The notes: a model not told the origin generated them from the sequence alone. A DNA stretch of 57,192 nt, filler included, from Sphacelaria rigidula (GCA_964200075.2; 7 parts of 7 records of this genome joined end to end with filler, not necessarily neighbours in it), one strand, 5' to 3'; shown: positions 11,400 to 24,455, counted from the whole stretch's first letter. A program made the numbers and translations.

Positions 11400-13170
11400 A
11401 CATGCACCAGCACAGTATGTCCACGCATCTATATCCGAGCGCACCGAGCAATCCTTAGCCACTGCGCTCTTGAGGATATTACAGAAGTAGTACAGTGAGA
11501 TGAGGCAAAAATGGCACAGTACTACAATACACACGCAGTTGGGAACAGTGTAATGGTGTACTATGTTCGAACATCTGATTGCCAGAGAATGAAATCGGTC
11601 GCGTTGAAATAAATGATGTAACCCATCAGTCTTTTTCTTGCTTCACGAAGGGCATTTTGTTTTTTCAAGTACCCGGAAGCAGCTGTGATTTAGTGCCGAA
11701 CACATGGGGCATACTCTTCGATATATGTGCGAGGAGTTCAGCCACGAACCAAAGCTTGAACGGAATCGTTCAACCCTTTGACCATGAGGGTAGAAAGGCC
11801 ATTTGGCTATGATAACATGTTTGCGAGATCAAGAACGGATTTTACTTTCGGAACGGGAGGTTTTGCGTTATTCATGACAAGGCGGTCTAATCGCCCAAAA
11901 CGGCCGTCTCACTGAGGGGAATTCAGCGCAATCAGATCTAAAATCGCGGTGGCGCCCTTCATGAGATGCAGCTAAGATGTGCGTTTGTTCATCCCCCCTA
12001 ATTTGGACATATTCTTCGTCATAATATTTTCCCATCATATTTCCCGTCAGATAACGCGCTTTCAGGGGGGTGACGGCCGTGTAGGACAATTCGACCGCGT
12101 TGGTGTAAATCACGAAGACACCTTGTCTTACGGAAAAAAAAAACTAATATCACAAACATGTTGTTCCATGTGTTCATTTTCCAAGTTAATTTGATAATGA
12201 TCAAACACATGACCTATCTATGCTCGTGTTCAAAGGTTCGGTATTGGGAAGAGGTGGAGTACTGTAGATCGGTGTACTGTTACTCGTGACAGCGTTTGGT
12301 GTGATTTCACCTCTGAACATGGAGCGAATGCTTTGCGGAACTTCTACTTGGTGGTGGTGTTTGCTTCCGTCTCAGATGTTTTTGACCGTTTGTTTGGATG
12401 GTGGGTGTTGTTACGGGGCGTGCATCGTGTTTTGGCACTGAATAAAGACTCGTGATACAAAACTACTAATTGCATACTGTATCGGCATGTAGCTGATGTG
12501 TGGCAAGAATGGGTCACGAAATCGTCGGGCGAAAACTCAAATGAAATTTCATCAAGGGTTTGAACACCATTTCTAAAAAAACTCCGTGCGTGGTACATGT
12601 ACAGTTAGACGATTCAGCGCCAACTGTTCCCCAGGGTACAAAAGTAACACGAGTAGTTCGAGGCTTTGCCGACTGTCACGCTTCGAAAAGTCTTTCCGAG
12701 AGGGTTCCAGCGTCCTTTCTGACCTTTTTGTACGTCTCCTCTGACTTTTAGCCGGTACTTTTAGCCTTTTTGGGTCACTTGCAAAACCATTTTCGTGGAC
12801 CGGTGGATTAATCATTCATCCGGCCAAAAGTCGAACCGGGCGCACGAATATTCGAGGATGTGGGATACAATCCTCCCAGAGAATACACTAGCAATTCTTC
12901 ATGAGGTAGCATAATCCGCCGAACAGCGTAAAATGGCTCTGAGTCATCAAAACAGATTGTTTTGGAGAGATTGTTCGTTGCACAAGAACAAGCGGCTTCA
13001 TACGATATACCCAACTTCATACGATTTACCCAACTCTTGCTCCCATGCCAAGTAGCGACCCCGTGAAGTGAACAAGATGATATTGTCTGCACGTGTACAG
13101 CGGTCCGAGCTACAGTCAGTATCGTCTTTGTGACCTCCCTGTGAAACGGCGAGACAGTCGGGAAGGCCAT
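11400..13170 (-). pseudogene. Decayed DDE-like transposase (DUF6589-like motif order)
   Basis: Minus-strand fragments in order, broken by stops and frameshifts: HGSKSWVNRMKLGISYE; ICFDD; VQIRGDEQTHILAA; VLGD*...MN; LYYFCNILKSAVAKDCSVRSDIDAW. These resemble the LG-SY / DN / GDxxT / LGxxH-M / AIR-GD-R pattern. Recognised by eye only. Confidence 0.5.
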
Positions 13171-14506
13171 GGCGTCATCGACCGGTAGCTATGTACTGGA
13201 ATTATTCATCAAAAGTAGAGAGCTTCGGGGGGAACAAATTCCGAGCGTAATCATAGTGCAGATTGGAAGCGTTGAAACTTCACAGCGTACTCTAAAAAGT
13301 GTATATTGAAAGCTGATACGCCGTGGCTAGACATGGAATTTTTGGTCGCAGTGATCGGCCGTAGAAAATGTCGACTCATGAGAGCTTTGAAAACAGACGA
13401 ATGGACCAATGCGCATCGGGACAGGGAAGGGATGATAGCGCACCTACTGCGTTGTTTAAATTGCTACGGTCACCACACACAGTGCTGCTACTGAGAGTAG
13501 TTAAAAGTTTATCCCAGTGCGATGCAGTACAATACAGTGCAAGGCAAGCTCGGTAGTAGAGTGCCGCAGTACAGATGGATCAAAGTGGGGCATGTACTGT
13601 AGCAGACAGTAGCTACAGGAAAGCATATGACTGTATAAACAGTACTGTGCACAAGTGCATTGCAGTGGTAATTACAGTACATCCAACTGAATGACAGGGC
13701 AAGCTGCAGGTGCCCTTACTCGCATCATGGTGCCACCCTAAACCACGGCAGGCTTGGCTACATTCATCGGCAGTACAGCACACAGCACTGCCTCGGTGTA
13801 GTTCCTCAATCTTTTTTTTTCATTCTGAGGCATTATGCAGGCCTTGACTCTAAGACAGATAAATGCCCTCTACTTGAACCAAGTTACGCACTTCAATGCA
13901 CATGTTACCCCGCGGGCGCGGAACCCTGCTGGCAGGTAACTTTTGCAACTGAATGGGCTTCATCTTATTCGCGGGCAGACTATATTGTTTCATTTGCACT
14001 GGCAGTTCTACGCCCGCTGTGCGATCGCCAACCTACAAGCATCTTCCTTTAGGATCCCATTTTTTCCTTTAGAATGTCAAGTCATATGCAAATCATAGGT
14101 TCAGCACGGAACACTCTACACTAACGTTTGCCTTGGTAACGCTTTATTGAGCGGTGACGCGAAGCGCCAAAATCCTTATGTCATTTTTGTGTTCTATGTT
14201 TATCCGCATTCCGCGTTCCGGCACGCAGGTGTGACAGTCGCGATGCCTGAAAGCGTAGCATTCCTCCCAAGTCCGATGCACCAGCAGCCAGTATTCTTTC
14301 GTTTCTGCTCTCCCGTCTTTTTTTTCCAAGATTTGCCTGTATCCGCACTTGCCTATTTCTCTTCGCGGAGTTCGCGCTTTTCTTCACGGACTTCACTCTG
14401 GGACCAGTGACTTCCCTAGCTACCAGAATCTCACCTTTCCCTACTCGGAATTAACGCAACCTGTCTCCGTGGCACTCTCAACTTTTTTCTCCTCCTGGGA
14501 ATTTAT

Positions 14507-14670
14507 CGCCCGGAACCTCCATCACTAGTGACGTGCCGAGCCGGTTGACGTTCGCCTCACGAAGTATGTAACGCACCCTATTTCCTCGGCACCGGTGACT
14601 TACTCTTCACCAGTCAATGTAACGAACCCTACATGTCTCCCCGGTACCAGTGACGTTCTCAGCGGTTTGA
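14507..14670 (+). repeat. Second copy of the ~164-bp direct repeat
   Basis: Colinear with 10056-10219. Confidence 0.92.
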
Positions 14671-14699
14671 CCCCCCTTTGGTGCCAGTGACTACCACTC

Positions 14700-15900
14700 T
14701 TTATTTTCACTTGAAAGAGACGTGAAAATGATTCCAACTCAACAAGAGGAGGCCAACCCAATCTTTGATAGATTGATCCAACCCTAACCGTAGCCCGCCG
14801 ATGAAGGCAGATGGTGAACACTCGGGCACCGAACACTTTCTGCTATAGCTTCCCCCCCCCCTCCCCCAAACCAGCCTGAACCTTTCACGAAAAAAAGGGT
14901 CATACAGCGCCTGATGCTTGGTTTAAGGCTGCATGAAGCGCTTTATATGGGCGGCATTGGCGAAAACGAACCCAAGAGTGACATTCCCCAGCCGCACGTT
15001 GTGCTCTGCTCATCGAATTTTCAAGTGAAAATGATGCCGATTACACAAACCAGCTGCTCGTTGTGCTCGGCTTCTCTCATTTCAATCCACGTGTAGATTT
15101 TACCCCTCCAAACCAGCCACTTTGGGGGGGGAGCTATCCCAGAAAGTGTCACCGAGACTATTCTATGGCTCTCGTAGTCACAGGGTGCTTGGTCCTACTT
15201 GGCCAATCCCAACCCTTCAACCACCGGAGGTCTTCATTTGTGGAATCGGCCTGATTCTCATACATTTTTCACGTCAAAATGATGCCGATTCCACGAATCA
15301 GCCGCTCGTGGTGCTCGGCTTCTTTCATCTCGATTTACGTGTAGATTTTGCATGTCCAAATCAGCCACTTTTCGGGAGGGGGACTATCGCAGCAAACGTC
15401 AATCGGGGATCCTTATCACTGAACGAATTTGTGGAATCGGCATCATTTTCAGGCCCTTTTCGAGTTATAACGATGCCAATTCTACAAATAAACACTTCCG
15501 GCGCTGGAGGGGTTTACCAGAAGCTGGTGGTCTGGCGGAGCATGTGTCGTTGAGCACAAAAACAGATATTCCTTCAGTGCGTCATACAAACCCTATCCCC
15601 TCAGCCGTGGTTCCATCTGTGATCTTTGGTTGTGCGTACGGCCGGTATAGACCACATTGTCTTCTGCGAGGTAGAGAGTGATGCTGGTTTGCACTAATCC
15701 CTCGGTCGCGAGAGTATCCCATCTCAATCGTGCACTATTTTTCGAGTGAAATTGATGCCGATTCAACAAACAACCTACTCTCGCCGTCCGGGAAAATAAC
15801 CCTTAGACCGCGAGGGGTAGTCCATCTGGATCATTCATACGTTTCTCAAGTGATACGGATGCCGATTGAACAGATGACCTACTCTCGCCTTCGAAGGGTT
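14700..15900 (-). repeat. Right array of the same subterminal motif, mostly inverted (GTGAAAATGATGCCGATTC)
   Basis: Copies at ~14722, 15026, 15273, 15434 (forward), 15746 and 15850. The segment ~15790-15900 is an approximate reverse complement of ~11288-11388. Confidence 0.8.
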
Positions 15901-16270
15901 AATGTTAGCGTGGATTCCTACAGACTCTTTTTCCCCTTCTGTGGAAGTCGTGAGACTCCCGGTGACGGTAGAAACCGTCGAAGGTGGCCGATGATTTCCC
16001 TCGGGTTATGTAGTCAAGGATTGACAGTACGTCGTGGGGTTGAGGCAAAGTGGATAACTCGGGAAAGCTCGACGAGCGCGAGCAAGTTAGCCCGATGACG
16101 GAGTCTGAGAGTCGTGGTTAAGAGTGATCCTCAGGGATAGCCAGCAGTTCGCTGGGAAGATCCCTGTTACCTTGGGGTCCCAGATCCGGCTGTACAGATA
16201 TGGAATTTTCGGGGCTCCTGCGAACTTACCCCTGTAACAGCCGTTCACTAGGTTACACGTCATAAAAGGA

Positions 16271-16370
16271 NNNNNNNNNNNNNNNNNNNNNNNNNNNNNN
16301 NNNNNNNNNNNNNNTTAATTAATTAANNNNNNNNNNNNNNNNNNNNNNNNNNNNNNNNNNNNNNNNNNNN
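16271..16370. other. Artificial contig linker
   Basis: N run with TTAATTAATTAA. Confidence 0.99.
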
Positions 16371-17345
16371 TGGATGTCGCGAAGCTAGCCTGTCAAAGCA
16401 ACAGTTGAGGGGGGTCGAGGGTGGAGGACATGGAAGGTATTCTCAGGATAAATGCAAATACCAACAAATGCTTTGGGAGGCATCCGGCGAAATCAAAGCC
16501 TGGACCTGGTGAGCTGAATGTTCGTTATGGTCAACATTTGAGGGAAGCACCAGACAGGTGATGGAACAACACACTGCTTGTACTGGGCGCGCGTTCCTTA
16601 CCGGATACTCACCCATTCGTCGGAAATTAATAGCAAGAAACTCGCTGAACGAGAGATGGGTCGATCGCTCGAAAAACTACGGACGTGCCCCGAGAAAACG
16701 GTAGACGAAGTGAGCGTGAAGGGATCGAAAACCAGATAACAAAGGGTCCGGCAACGGCAGAAACAATATTCGCCTTAACGTACCCCCGACGCTAACGAAG
16801 TTGATTCAGTTCCTACGCTGGAACCGTGCTTGCCAATCTGATCCGGCATACCGATGGATGTCGCGAAGCTAGCCTGTCAAAGCAACAGTTGAGGGGGGTC
16901 GAGGGTGGAGGACATGGAAGGTATTCTCAGGATAAATGCAAATACCAACAAATGCTTTGGGAGGCATCCGGCGAAATCAAATCCTGGACCTGGTGAGCTA
17001 AATGTTCATAATGGTCAACATTTGAGGGAAGCGCCAGACAGGTGATGGACATCGACAAAGATGGAGAAAATGGCCGCTGACAGTGGTGGGACAACACACT
17101 TATTGTACGGGGTGCGCGTTCCTTACCGAATACTCACCAAATTGTCGGAAATTAACAGCAAGAACCTGGCTGAAGGAGATCGCTCGAAAAACTACGGACG
17201 TGACCCGAGAAACGGTGGACAAAGTGAGGGTGAGAGGATGGAAAACCAGATAACAAAGGGTCCGGCAACGGCATAAACAATATTCGCCTTAACGTACCCC
17301 TGACGCTAACGAAGTGAATGCAGTCCTTACGCTGGCACCATGCCC
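16371..17345 (+). repeat. Tandem duplication, unit ~484 bp (16371-16854 and 16855-~17345), with a diverged partial copy at ~18880-18990
   Basis: TGGATGTCGCGAAGCTAGCCTGTCAAAGCAACAG starts at both 16371 and 16855. CCAGACA(G/A)GTGATGGA is shared with ~18955. Confidence 0.93.
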
Positions 17346-17699
17346 GCCCATCACCGAAGACAACTGTCGGGGGCACATGCGGGCGTGTCGAAACAACGGG
17401 TTGGAGTGGGTGCAGGGGGCGGTAATTTCACACAGGTGCACCCATAGCGATAGATATCTGTGCATTGTCCATGATCCGGTTTTGTGTGCTTAATAAAACG
17501 GATTCAACGATTACTTTTTAGAGCATGGTGTTCGGACTGCTCGGACTGCTCCGATTTCGTGCACTGCAGTCCTCAGATCACCCAATTTATCTCACGTGGG
17601 GGGCGAAGAGGGGACAAAATCATGATGAGAGTCGTGCTTCATTTCATCACCCTCATACATAACCCTTACTCTGATAGCGGTACTCCGATTCCACTCCTT

Positions 17700-18800
17700 A
17701 AGCTGTGAAAATGTCACCGGGCTGGAGGGTAACCCGGAAAACGCCCGGGCCTCTATTGCGGTTGGACGCTAAGAGATACACTTTGGGTGCGGAGGAGGGT
17801 CGAACTTCGGAATACATGTTTCGGTGGAGAGATGAATCCTGCACGAGTAAGGCCGACACCATGCATGTTATGCCGCGCGTCATGACCTTTCGTAGACACG
17901 TCGACATCTGCAGTGCCTTGTCTTTCCAAGACAACACTGAAGCAGTCGCATCGTGTAGATGGCATGTTGGTCATCAACAGAAACAGCTGCTCATTTCACA
18001 GCGGAGGAGCGCGCCGAAATTATTGGGGGGTATAAGTGTCGCAGGGGGCGCGTGAAAATGTGGGTGGGTGGTGCGACGCATTTATTCCTGAGGTTCGCAG
18101 AAAATTCCCCCGACACCAATTTCCAACTCAACAGGACGAGCACAAATAGATACGCGCGCAAGCCCGCAGCTGTGAGTTGGTCTCACTCACAAATCCCTGC
18201 CGCCAGCAACTGCACCACGACACACCTCGAGTTGCCGTCATCGAATGCTTTGTTGACAAACGTGGAGGGTAACGAAGGTGCGGCGGGGGTCGCTGAGTCC
18301 GACACCATGTATTCATGGTTAATTCGCAGAGGCAAAAAAAGTGTACCAGCATCGTTTAGCCATGGCAAAATGCAGCCGCACGGCTAGTGGCCAGCGTTTC
18401 ATTTTTCGAGACTGCAGTGGAGCGTCCCATGTTCTTGTGGTGGACCTCTACGCCTCCAAACCCAATCCTCCAAACCCCATGAGATTGCCAGCTGATGAAA
18501 GCTCCAAGCCGAATCCCAGGGGATTCAGTCAACAGATCGGCTTCGTATGCCAGGAACCAAGTAAGTACTTACCTTGGACACCCGGTTGGCGTCCATCTCG
18601 AAAGAAGAATCGTCGTCTCTTACGTCAAAAGAATCTTCGTCTATCTCCTCGTCAGAAGAACGGCCGCCAACGCTCAGTGGATCCGGCTCGTCGCTTTCTT
18701 GCCTCGTTGGGTCGGCAAACACGTCGATCTCCTCGAGATCTAGCTCACCGGTGCCTCCAACTGAGGCGTGGGGGAGCTCCACGTCAAATTCCAGCGCATC
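17700..18800 (-). pseudogene. Decayed spliced gene resembling a Ulp1/C48 SUMO-protease, with an acidic upstream exon
   Basis: Minus strand: an acidic exon ending AG|GTAAGT (~18572) and a CTGCAG acceptor (~18413). Then ILPWLNDA...LPSTFVNKAF...YLFVLV...GPGVF, echoing WLND / STFF / IFIP / DCGVF. Contains in-frame stops. Confidence 0.4.
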
Positions 18801-19759
18801 CGACCCACCAATAGATTTCGCGACGCCAGCCTGCCCGGGCAGCAGGCCGGGTGCAAGAGGGTTAATTTCTGCGTTTGTCGACCAGCATTCAGCGTACTCA
18901 CGGCGTGGACCTAGTGATCCAAATGCTCGATATTGTCAACAGTTGAGTAAAGTACCAGACAAGTGATGGACGTTGACAACGACCGATAAAAAATTGCATT
19001 TTCGTACCCCGCCCTTCCTCCAGGCAGGGAGATTCAACTTCGCGGCTACCAAAAGCACTGATTCGATGAGATTGAGACTCTAGAAAATGTTTTAAAGTGA
19101 GAACCAGACAATGAATGAACTAGAATCGTTCCGAAATGCCACCCCTCCCCCCGGGCCTTATACGAGGCCCTACACGCTTTCTGTGGTAGCTGCTTACTGA
19201 AGTCTTTGATACCCCCGAGTAGGTTGTGGATGTGTAGCTGCGGACAAAAAAAAGCATACGCAAGATGAAACGTTTTTCAACTTGGAGCGAATAGTGCAAC
19301 TAACTCTTGATCAACGCTAGATTCTCAATCTCTCGATAACATAGTCCCACAGTATTATTTCAAAGTATCACACTTTCTCGGCATGGTACCCCTCTGCACG
19401 TGATTTTTCGGGAAAAAGAGGGGTTGGTTTCGACCGAATGTTCGACAGAGGACACTAGAACATATCATCACGCAGGGAGGGGGCGCACATTATCCGCTGG
19501 AGATCTACCAGTGCTCAATGCTTGACAGCAAGGCAGAAAACAGGGGGACATATGGATTGATCGCTCGACACTACAGACGTGTCCCCAGACCAGTGGGGGA
19601 GGGAGTGGGGGGGCGTAGGGGGGGGAGGGGGGACCTTCTCATGTGATGCTTGCCTTAGTCGTTTGTTCATGGACCGCGCATCCCTTTCGAGACGGAGCAC
19701 CGTTCCCACTCCTGATATAGACAACCCCAACATTCCGGCACCCATTACGTGCCTCCCAT

Positions 19760-21701
19760 ATATTGCACAAAGACCTTTCACATATCTTATCCTCGTCCTG
19801 TTTCGCCGTCGGTGGCCACCATCTATCTCCTAGTAGAGCCATCGTTTTCTCTCGACTGTCCAATGCTTCAAACGATTCCATGCCATTTTCATTCAGGTTC
19901 TGCATTTCCCCCTCTAGCACGTCCCGTTCCTTCTTGTATAATTCACATTCTCTATTCCTTTCCCACAGAGGCAGTTCTGTGCATCTGCTTCCTTCTCCAC
20001 ACGACTACTGGTATATCTCTTCTTTCTTGCAGGTTTAGGTCCTCCACCCGAAATCGCAGTTCCAATTACTTCGCTGCGTCCATGGGGCCATGCAGATATG
20101 TTTTCATCCCGATCCCCTTTTCAACCTCTTGATATATCTTCAGGTGTTCTTCCTCGTCTCCCTTGCGTCTCGGCACTCCTTTGTCCCTTATTTTTATCAT
20201 GTCGCTTACTATTGTCTTGTACCCCGCGCCTTCATCTATGGACAGTATTTCGTCTTCGTTTCCTCCTATCTTCTTCCATACTTTCTCGATTTCTTCATAC
20301 CACCTTATTCCAGCCTGCCCTTTCGTATTTTTCTTCCATATAGCCTTATTAGCTGTTGCTGGCAATCCCCTTTTCTGCATGTTCTTCACGCTATATTGAC
20401 ATAGCAATTTCCTCATGTGTCTGTTTCAAGTACGTATATTCCCAACTCTGCTCTCAAAGCTTTACTTTCCGTCGTTTTTGAGCATCCAAGTATCTCCTTA
20501 GCTGCTGCCATCTGTAGTGTTTCCAACTGTTAAACAACTTTACGTTCCCCTCCCATACTTCTCCTGCATATTCCACGTTCGGTACGATCACGTCATTCAG
20601 GGTACGTCTCTCAACCCCAGCGTGTACGTGTGTTGCAAATTTAGACAGTGCAGTCTACGTTCATCATGTCTGATTGAAATCGTCGCTGCAAGATACTGTA
20701 TCGCATAAGCGGCACGACTTGCATGTTGTTCGTTACGGTTCAAGTGCAACTTTAGACCACGTACGTGTCGTTTCACCGTACTTTTTTTTCATGGCAAATT
20801 AGGGTATGTTTTCGAACTGGATATCGTGGGTGCTAGATTGAGAACTGGCGAGACGAACAAGGTTGTCGTGTGATTGAGTTGAGGATAAGATTTTTTGTTT
20901 TGCGTACAGCATTGGTTTTCCTCCAGAGAGTGAAAAGTGTTGAAGCTTGCTCTCGCTCGCCACCGCTCCTCACTCTCCCCAGCAACCCAGTTCTTGTTTC
21001 AACAGCTCTCTCCTGCGAAGGAGGCTGTGTAATATGTTTAGGCCAGTGGGGCCGAACATCACCATTTTCTGGTTCACTCCACTGCTCCTAGCAAGTAGCT
21101 TCACCGCTACGGTGCAAGCCTCTGCTTAACTGTCAAGTGAGACAGTGCCGTGCCAGGGAATTATTTCCAACAAGGTGCGAGTCTCTGAGGACCACGCCCA
21201 CCCTTCCTATCTGTGCCTTACCCTTGTCTATTACCTTGTTCATGTGTGCGTCCCAAAGACAGTGTTTTGATATCTCCACGCCAAGGTATGTATACTGGTC
21301 TACGATCGGCAATTCCTTTTCTCCCCACTTCCATCTGAACTGTACCGGATTTTACTCATCTTCGTTACAGACGAGTACCGCACATTTGCTAACGTTCGCT
21401 GTCACTCTCCATTTCCTAGTGTATCCTAGCGCCCTGTCTATCTCTTTTTGCAATCTTTCTGCTCTTCCTGAAATTCTCATATCGCTAATATCCGTTCATT
21501 ATTGAAAACCTTGAACAAAGCGGATCATACCGTGCATCCTTGTGCAACTCCTTGTAAGATATCAAAATATTTCGAAATTTCTCCGTCTAGCATCATGGCA
21601 CTTTCGGCATATTATGTCATCTTCTTCACCATTCTCCTACATACTTCCACTGATCCCACTTTCCACAGCTTTTTTCGCAGCCCATTTGTCCATACTGTGT
21701 C
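19760..21701 (-). mobile_element. LINE (non-LTR) reverse transcriptase pseudogene, 5'-truncated and interrupted by a solo LTR
   Basis: Minus-strand fragments: DTVWTNGL, FDILQGVAQGC, KWRVTANVSKCAV, VDQYTYLGVEIS, VIVPNVEYAGEVWEG, ALRAELG, GIGMKTYLHGPMDAAK. Stops and frameshifts present. Confidence 0.92.
20631..21172. mobile_element. Solo LTR (542 bp; TGTTG...CAACA termini) inserted into the LINE RT
   Basis: TGTTGCAAAT...ATTTCCAACA inverted ends (9/10 match). 5-bp TSD ACGTG / AGGTG (4/5). The RT reading RDSH...AGVERRTLNDVIVP resumes across it. Confidence 0.85.
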
Positions 21702-21705
21702 AGTG

Positions 21706-24440
21706 GGAGATGGGAACGGTACTTTTCTACATTGCTGAACGCCATATTGATAACTATCGACCGCACCATCATCGGGGAGATTGCTCAACGACCAATAGCG
21801 TTGTCACTAGGAGGCCCACCAAGCCAAGGTGAAACTGTGTAGACTCAGAGAGCTATATCGAACGGCAAAGCAACCGGTGCAAACGGTATCCGTGCCGAAA
21901 TCCTGACGCTTGGACTCAACGGGGAGGCGTAGGACATTCGTACCACTTCCACGGCATCGCCTCTGCGGTTTGGACATCTGGCGAGGTGCCGCAAGAATGG
22001 AAAGATGTCACCATCAAAGTGCTACACAAAACACAAGATAGGACCCAGTGTAGTACCTACAGAGGAATTTCACTTGTGGCCCATACTGCTAAAGTCCTCC
22101 TCAAAATCGTAGCCAACAGACTCGATGATTTTTGTGAGTAAACAGATGTCATCTCGGAAGAGCAATGTGGATTTAGGCGCCAAAGATCCGCCATAGACAT
22201 GATGTTCGTAGTACGCCGACTCCAGGAGTTGGGACGGGCGAGCAGCATCCCAATAAACATGTGCTTCATCGATCTGCAGAAAGCCTACGATTCTGTAGAC
22301 CGCACGCTCCTGTGGGAAGTGCTTGCTCGGTTCGGAGTCCCGTCGCGAATGATCACGATCATCCGCACGTTCCACGACGGCATGCGAGCTCGAGTACAGC
22401 TAGATAGTGCGAACTATCAGCGTGGTTCGACGTCTGCCAGGGACTCAAACAAGGTGGCGTTTCGTCTCCGCTGCTGTTCAACATCTTCGGAGCAGGCTTG
22501 GTGGAAGTGATCGCCCAAAGGTTTGCGGCGGACCCACTCATCGCCTCAGACTTGGTCTTTCCAGATGATACGCCACAAGGTGTCGGTGATGAACCCGTGG
22601 AAGATACACCACTGGAAAAGGTGCGACGCGCGGTGTGGGCAATGCTTTATGGGGACGGCGCTGGCATAGCCTCGAAGACCTCAAAAGGCCTTGCTCGAAT
22701 GATGGCCGTGATAGTGATGACCTGCCAGGAATTCGACCTGATGGTCTCCGAGAACAAGAAGGAGTCCATGCGCCTTTGGTCAGTACCCAGTCCCACGGAG
22801 GCCACCCAGGATATCAGAGCTGCCGGTCAACGGTATACGCAGACGGGGATGTTCATCTACCTTGGTGGAGCTATCAGCGCGGATGCGAAAAGGTACGTCG
22901 AAATCAACCGCCGTATCAGCGCGGCGTGAGCGCGTATCCGAAAATATAGCTCCCAACTCTACGACCAACCCAACGCCGAGCTCTCCTTGAAAGTTCGACT
23001 GCTTAAAGCGCAGGTGGTGGAAGCTCTGTTGTATGGGTGTGCCACATGGGCCCTACGTTTTGAGGACTTCAACAGTCTGCGCACTACTCATTACAAGCTC
23101 TTGCTGCGAGTGGTTGGATTCCGCAGGAACAATCGAAATGGCTACAAGACTCTTTCGTACAGAGTGGTGGTCGAGATGACCAACTGCTAACGTATCGAGA
23201 CGACTATCCGCAAACGTCAACTCTGGTTGGCGCGAGCCCTTGTCCGGCAGAAGGACACACGCCTTCCCAAGCGTGTCATGAACGGTCGGCTTTCCACACG
23301 AGGACTCAAGGAGGCCGGCCGCCCCCCCAAGGAATGGGAGGATACCCTAGAGGAGAACCCACGTGCGCTAGGGGCTGTCCCGCACAAAGGAGCCCGACGA
23401 AAGTGGTTCGTCTACGGTGTAGGGGTTAACGATGCATACGATTGAGTCACTGCGGCGAAGAACCAAAGCAAATGGCATATTGGAGTCGAAAAGGGAGCGG
23501 CAGAGTTTGAGGACGCGTGGCGACGCGCGGACAAGCGAGAATCAGACCGCCGTCACAAGCGAGAGGCTGCTGGGTCGAGGGCTGCCAATCGGAGAATCCT
23601 GTCCTCTCATATCGGTTGTTGATGATGTCCTTAGTCGGTGGCTCTGCGTTGCCCACCAAGAGCCTGGATCCGTTTTTGAGGTTCAAGATTATAATGAGTT
23701 TCAACTCGAAAACAGTGCTTTCTCTGACCTGAAGTCATGACCACTGAATTTCATATGGACGACCTCATTCATGCCCCCCGATCTCCTTGGAACTATTTTG
23801 GGGGGTTGCCCGTCTTCCGTGCCCCCAAGGTGTATATGCAACAATTTTGGACTAAAAACGTCCCGTTTTTCGCCCCGATATGTAGGCGAAAAAGTGCTTT
23901 CGCATATACGATTTGGGGGTACGGAAGACGGGCAACCCCCCAGAATAGTTCCAAGGAAATCGGGGGGCATGAGGTCGTCAATATGAAATTCCTTGGTCAT
24001 GACTCAAGGTCCGGGAAAGCACTGTCTTCGAGTTGAAACTCATCAAAATGTTAAATCTTGACAACGGATCCAGGCTGTTCATTGGTGTGTGTCTGCATCT
24101 ATTCTGCTGCCCTGTTTCCCTTGGGCCTTTTCCTCTTCTTTTTTTTTCGTCGTTGTATTGTTTTTCTTATTTGATTATTTCTGTATATTACCCTCCTTTG
24201 CTTTTTTTCTTGTTTTTTCGGTCGGCCCTTTCTTTCTGTGCTTTGCTTGTGTTGACTTTTGTTTCATTCTTCTTGTTTTGTTACACAACTTTGCGACGTC
24301 GTTCTGTTCGATCCTTTTTTTTTCCATTCCTTCTTTTTCTCGGAGTGTGTTTCAGTGTCGTTTTTCTTGGGGACGTCTATCATGAGACCACAGCTGGACC
24401 CCTGGGGGGTCAGATTAAGTGCGACAATCAGTCAATCAAT
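21706..24440 (+). mobile_element. RTE-clade-like LINE, 5'-truncated: RT pseudogene to ~23570, then T-rich 3' UTR and (CAAT)n tail
   Basis: RWERYFSTLLN...GKATG...VPQEWKD...YRGISLV...EEQCGFR...CFIDLQKAYDSV...QG...AMLYGDGAG (decayed YADD)...FIYLGG...LLYGCATW...RLPKRVMNG. Ends GATTAAGTGCGACAATCAGTCAATCAAT. Confidence 0.93.
23661..24076. mobile_element. Palindromic MITE with ~180-bp imperfect TIRs, inserted in the LINE 3' UTR
   Basis: AGCCTGGATCCG ... CGGATCCAGGCT ends; mirror ORFs 23701-24000- and 23737-24036+. Confidence 0.9.
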
Positions 24441-24455
24441 GTGTCATACGCCTTT

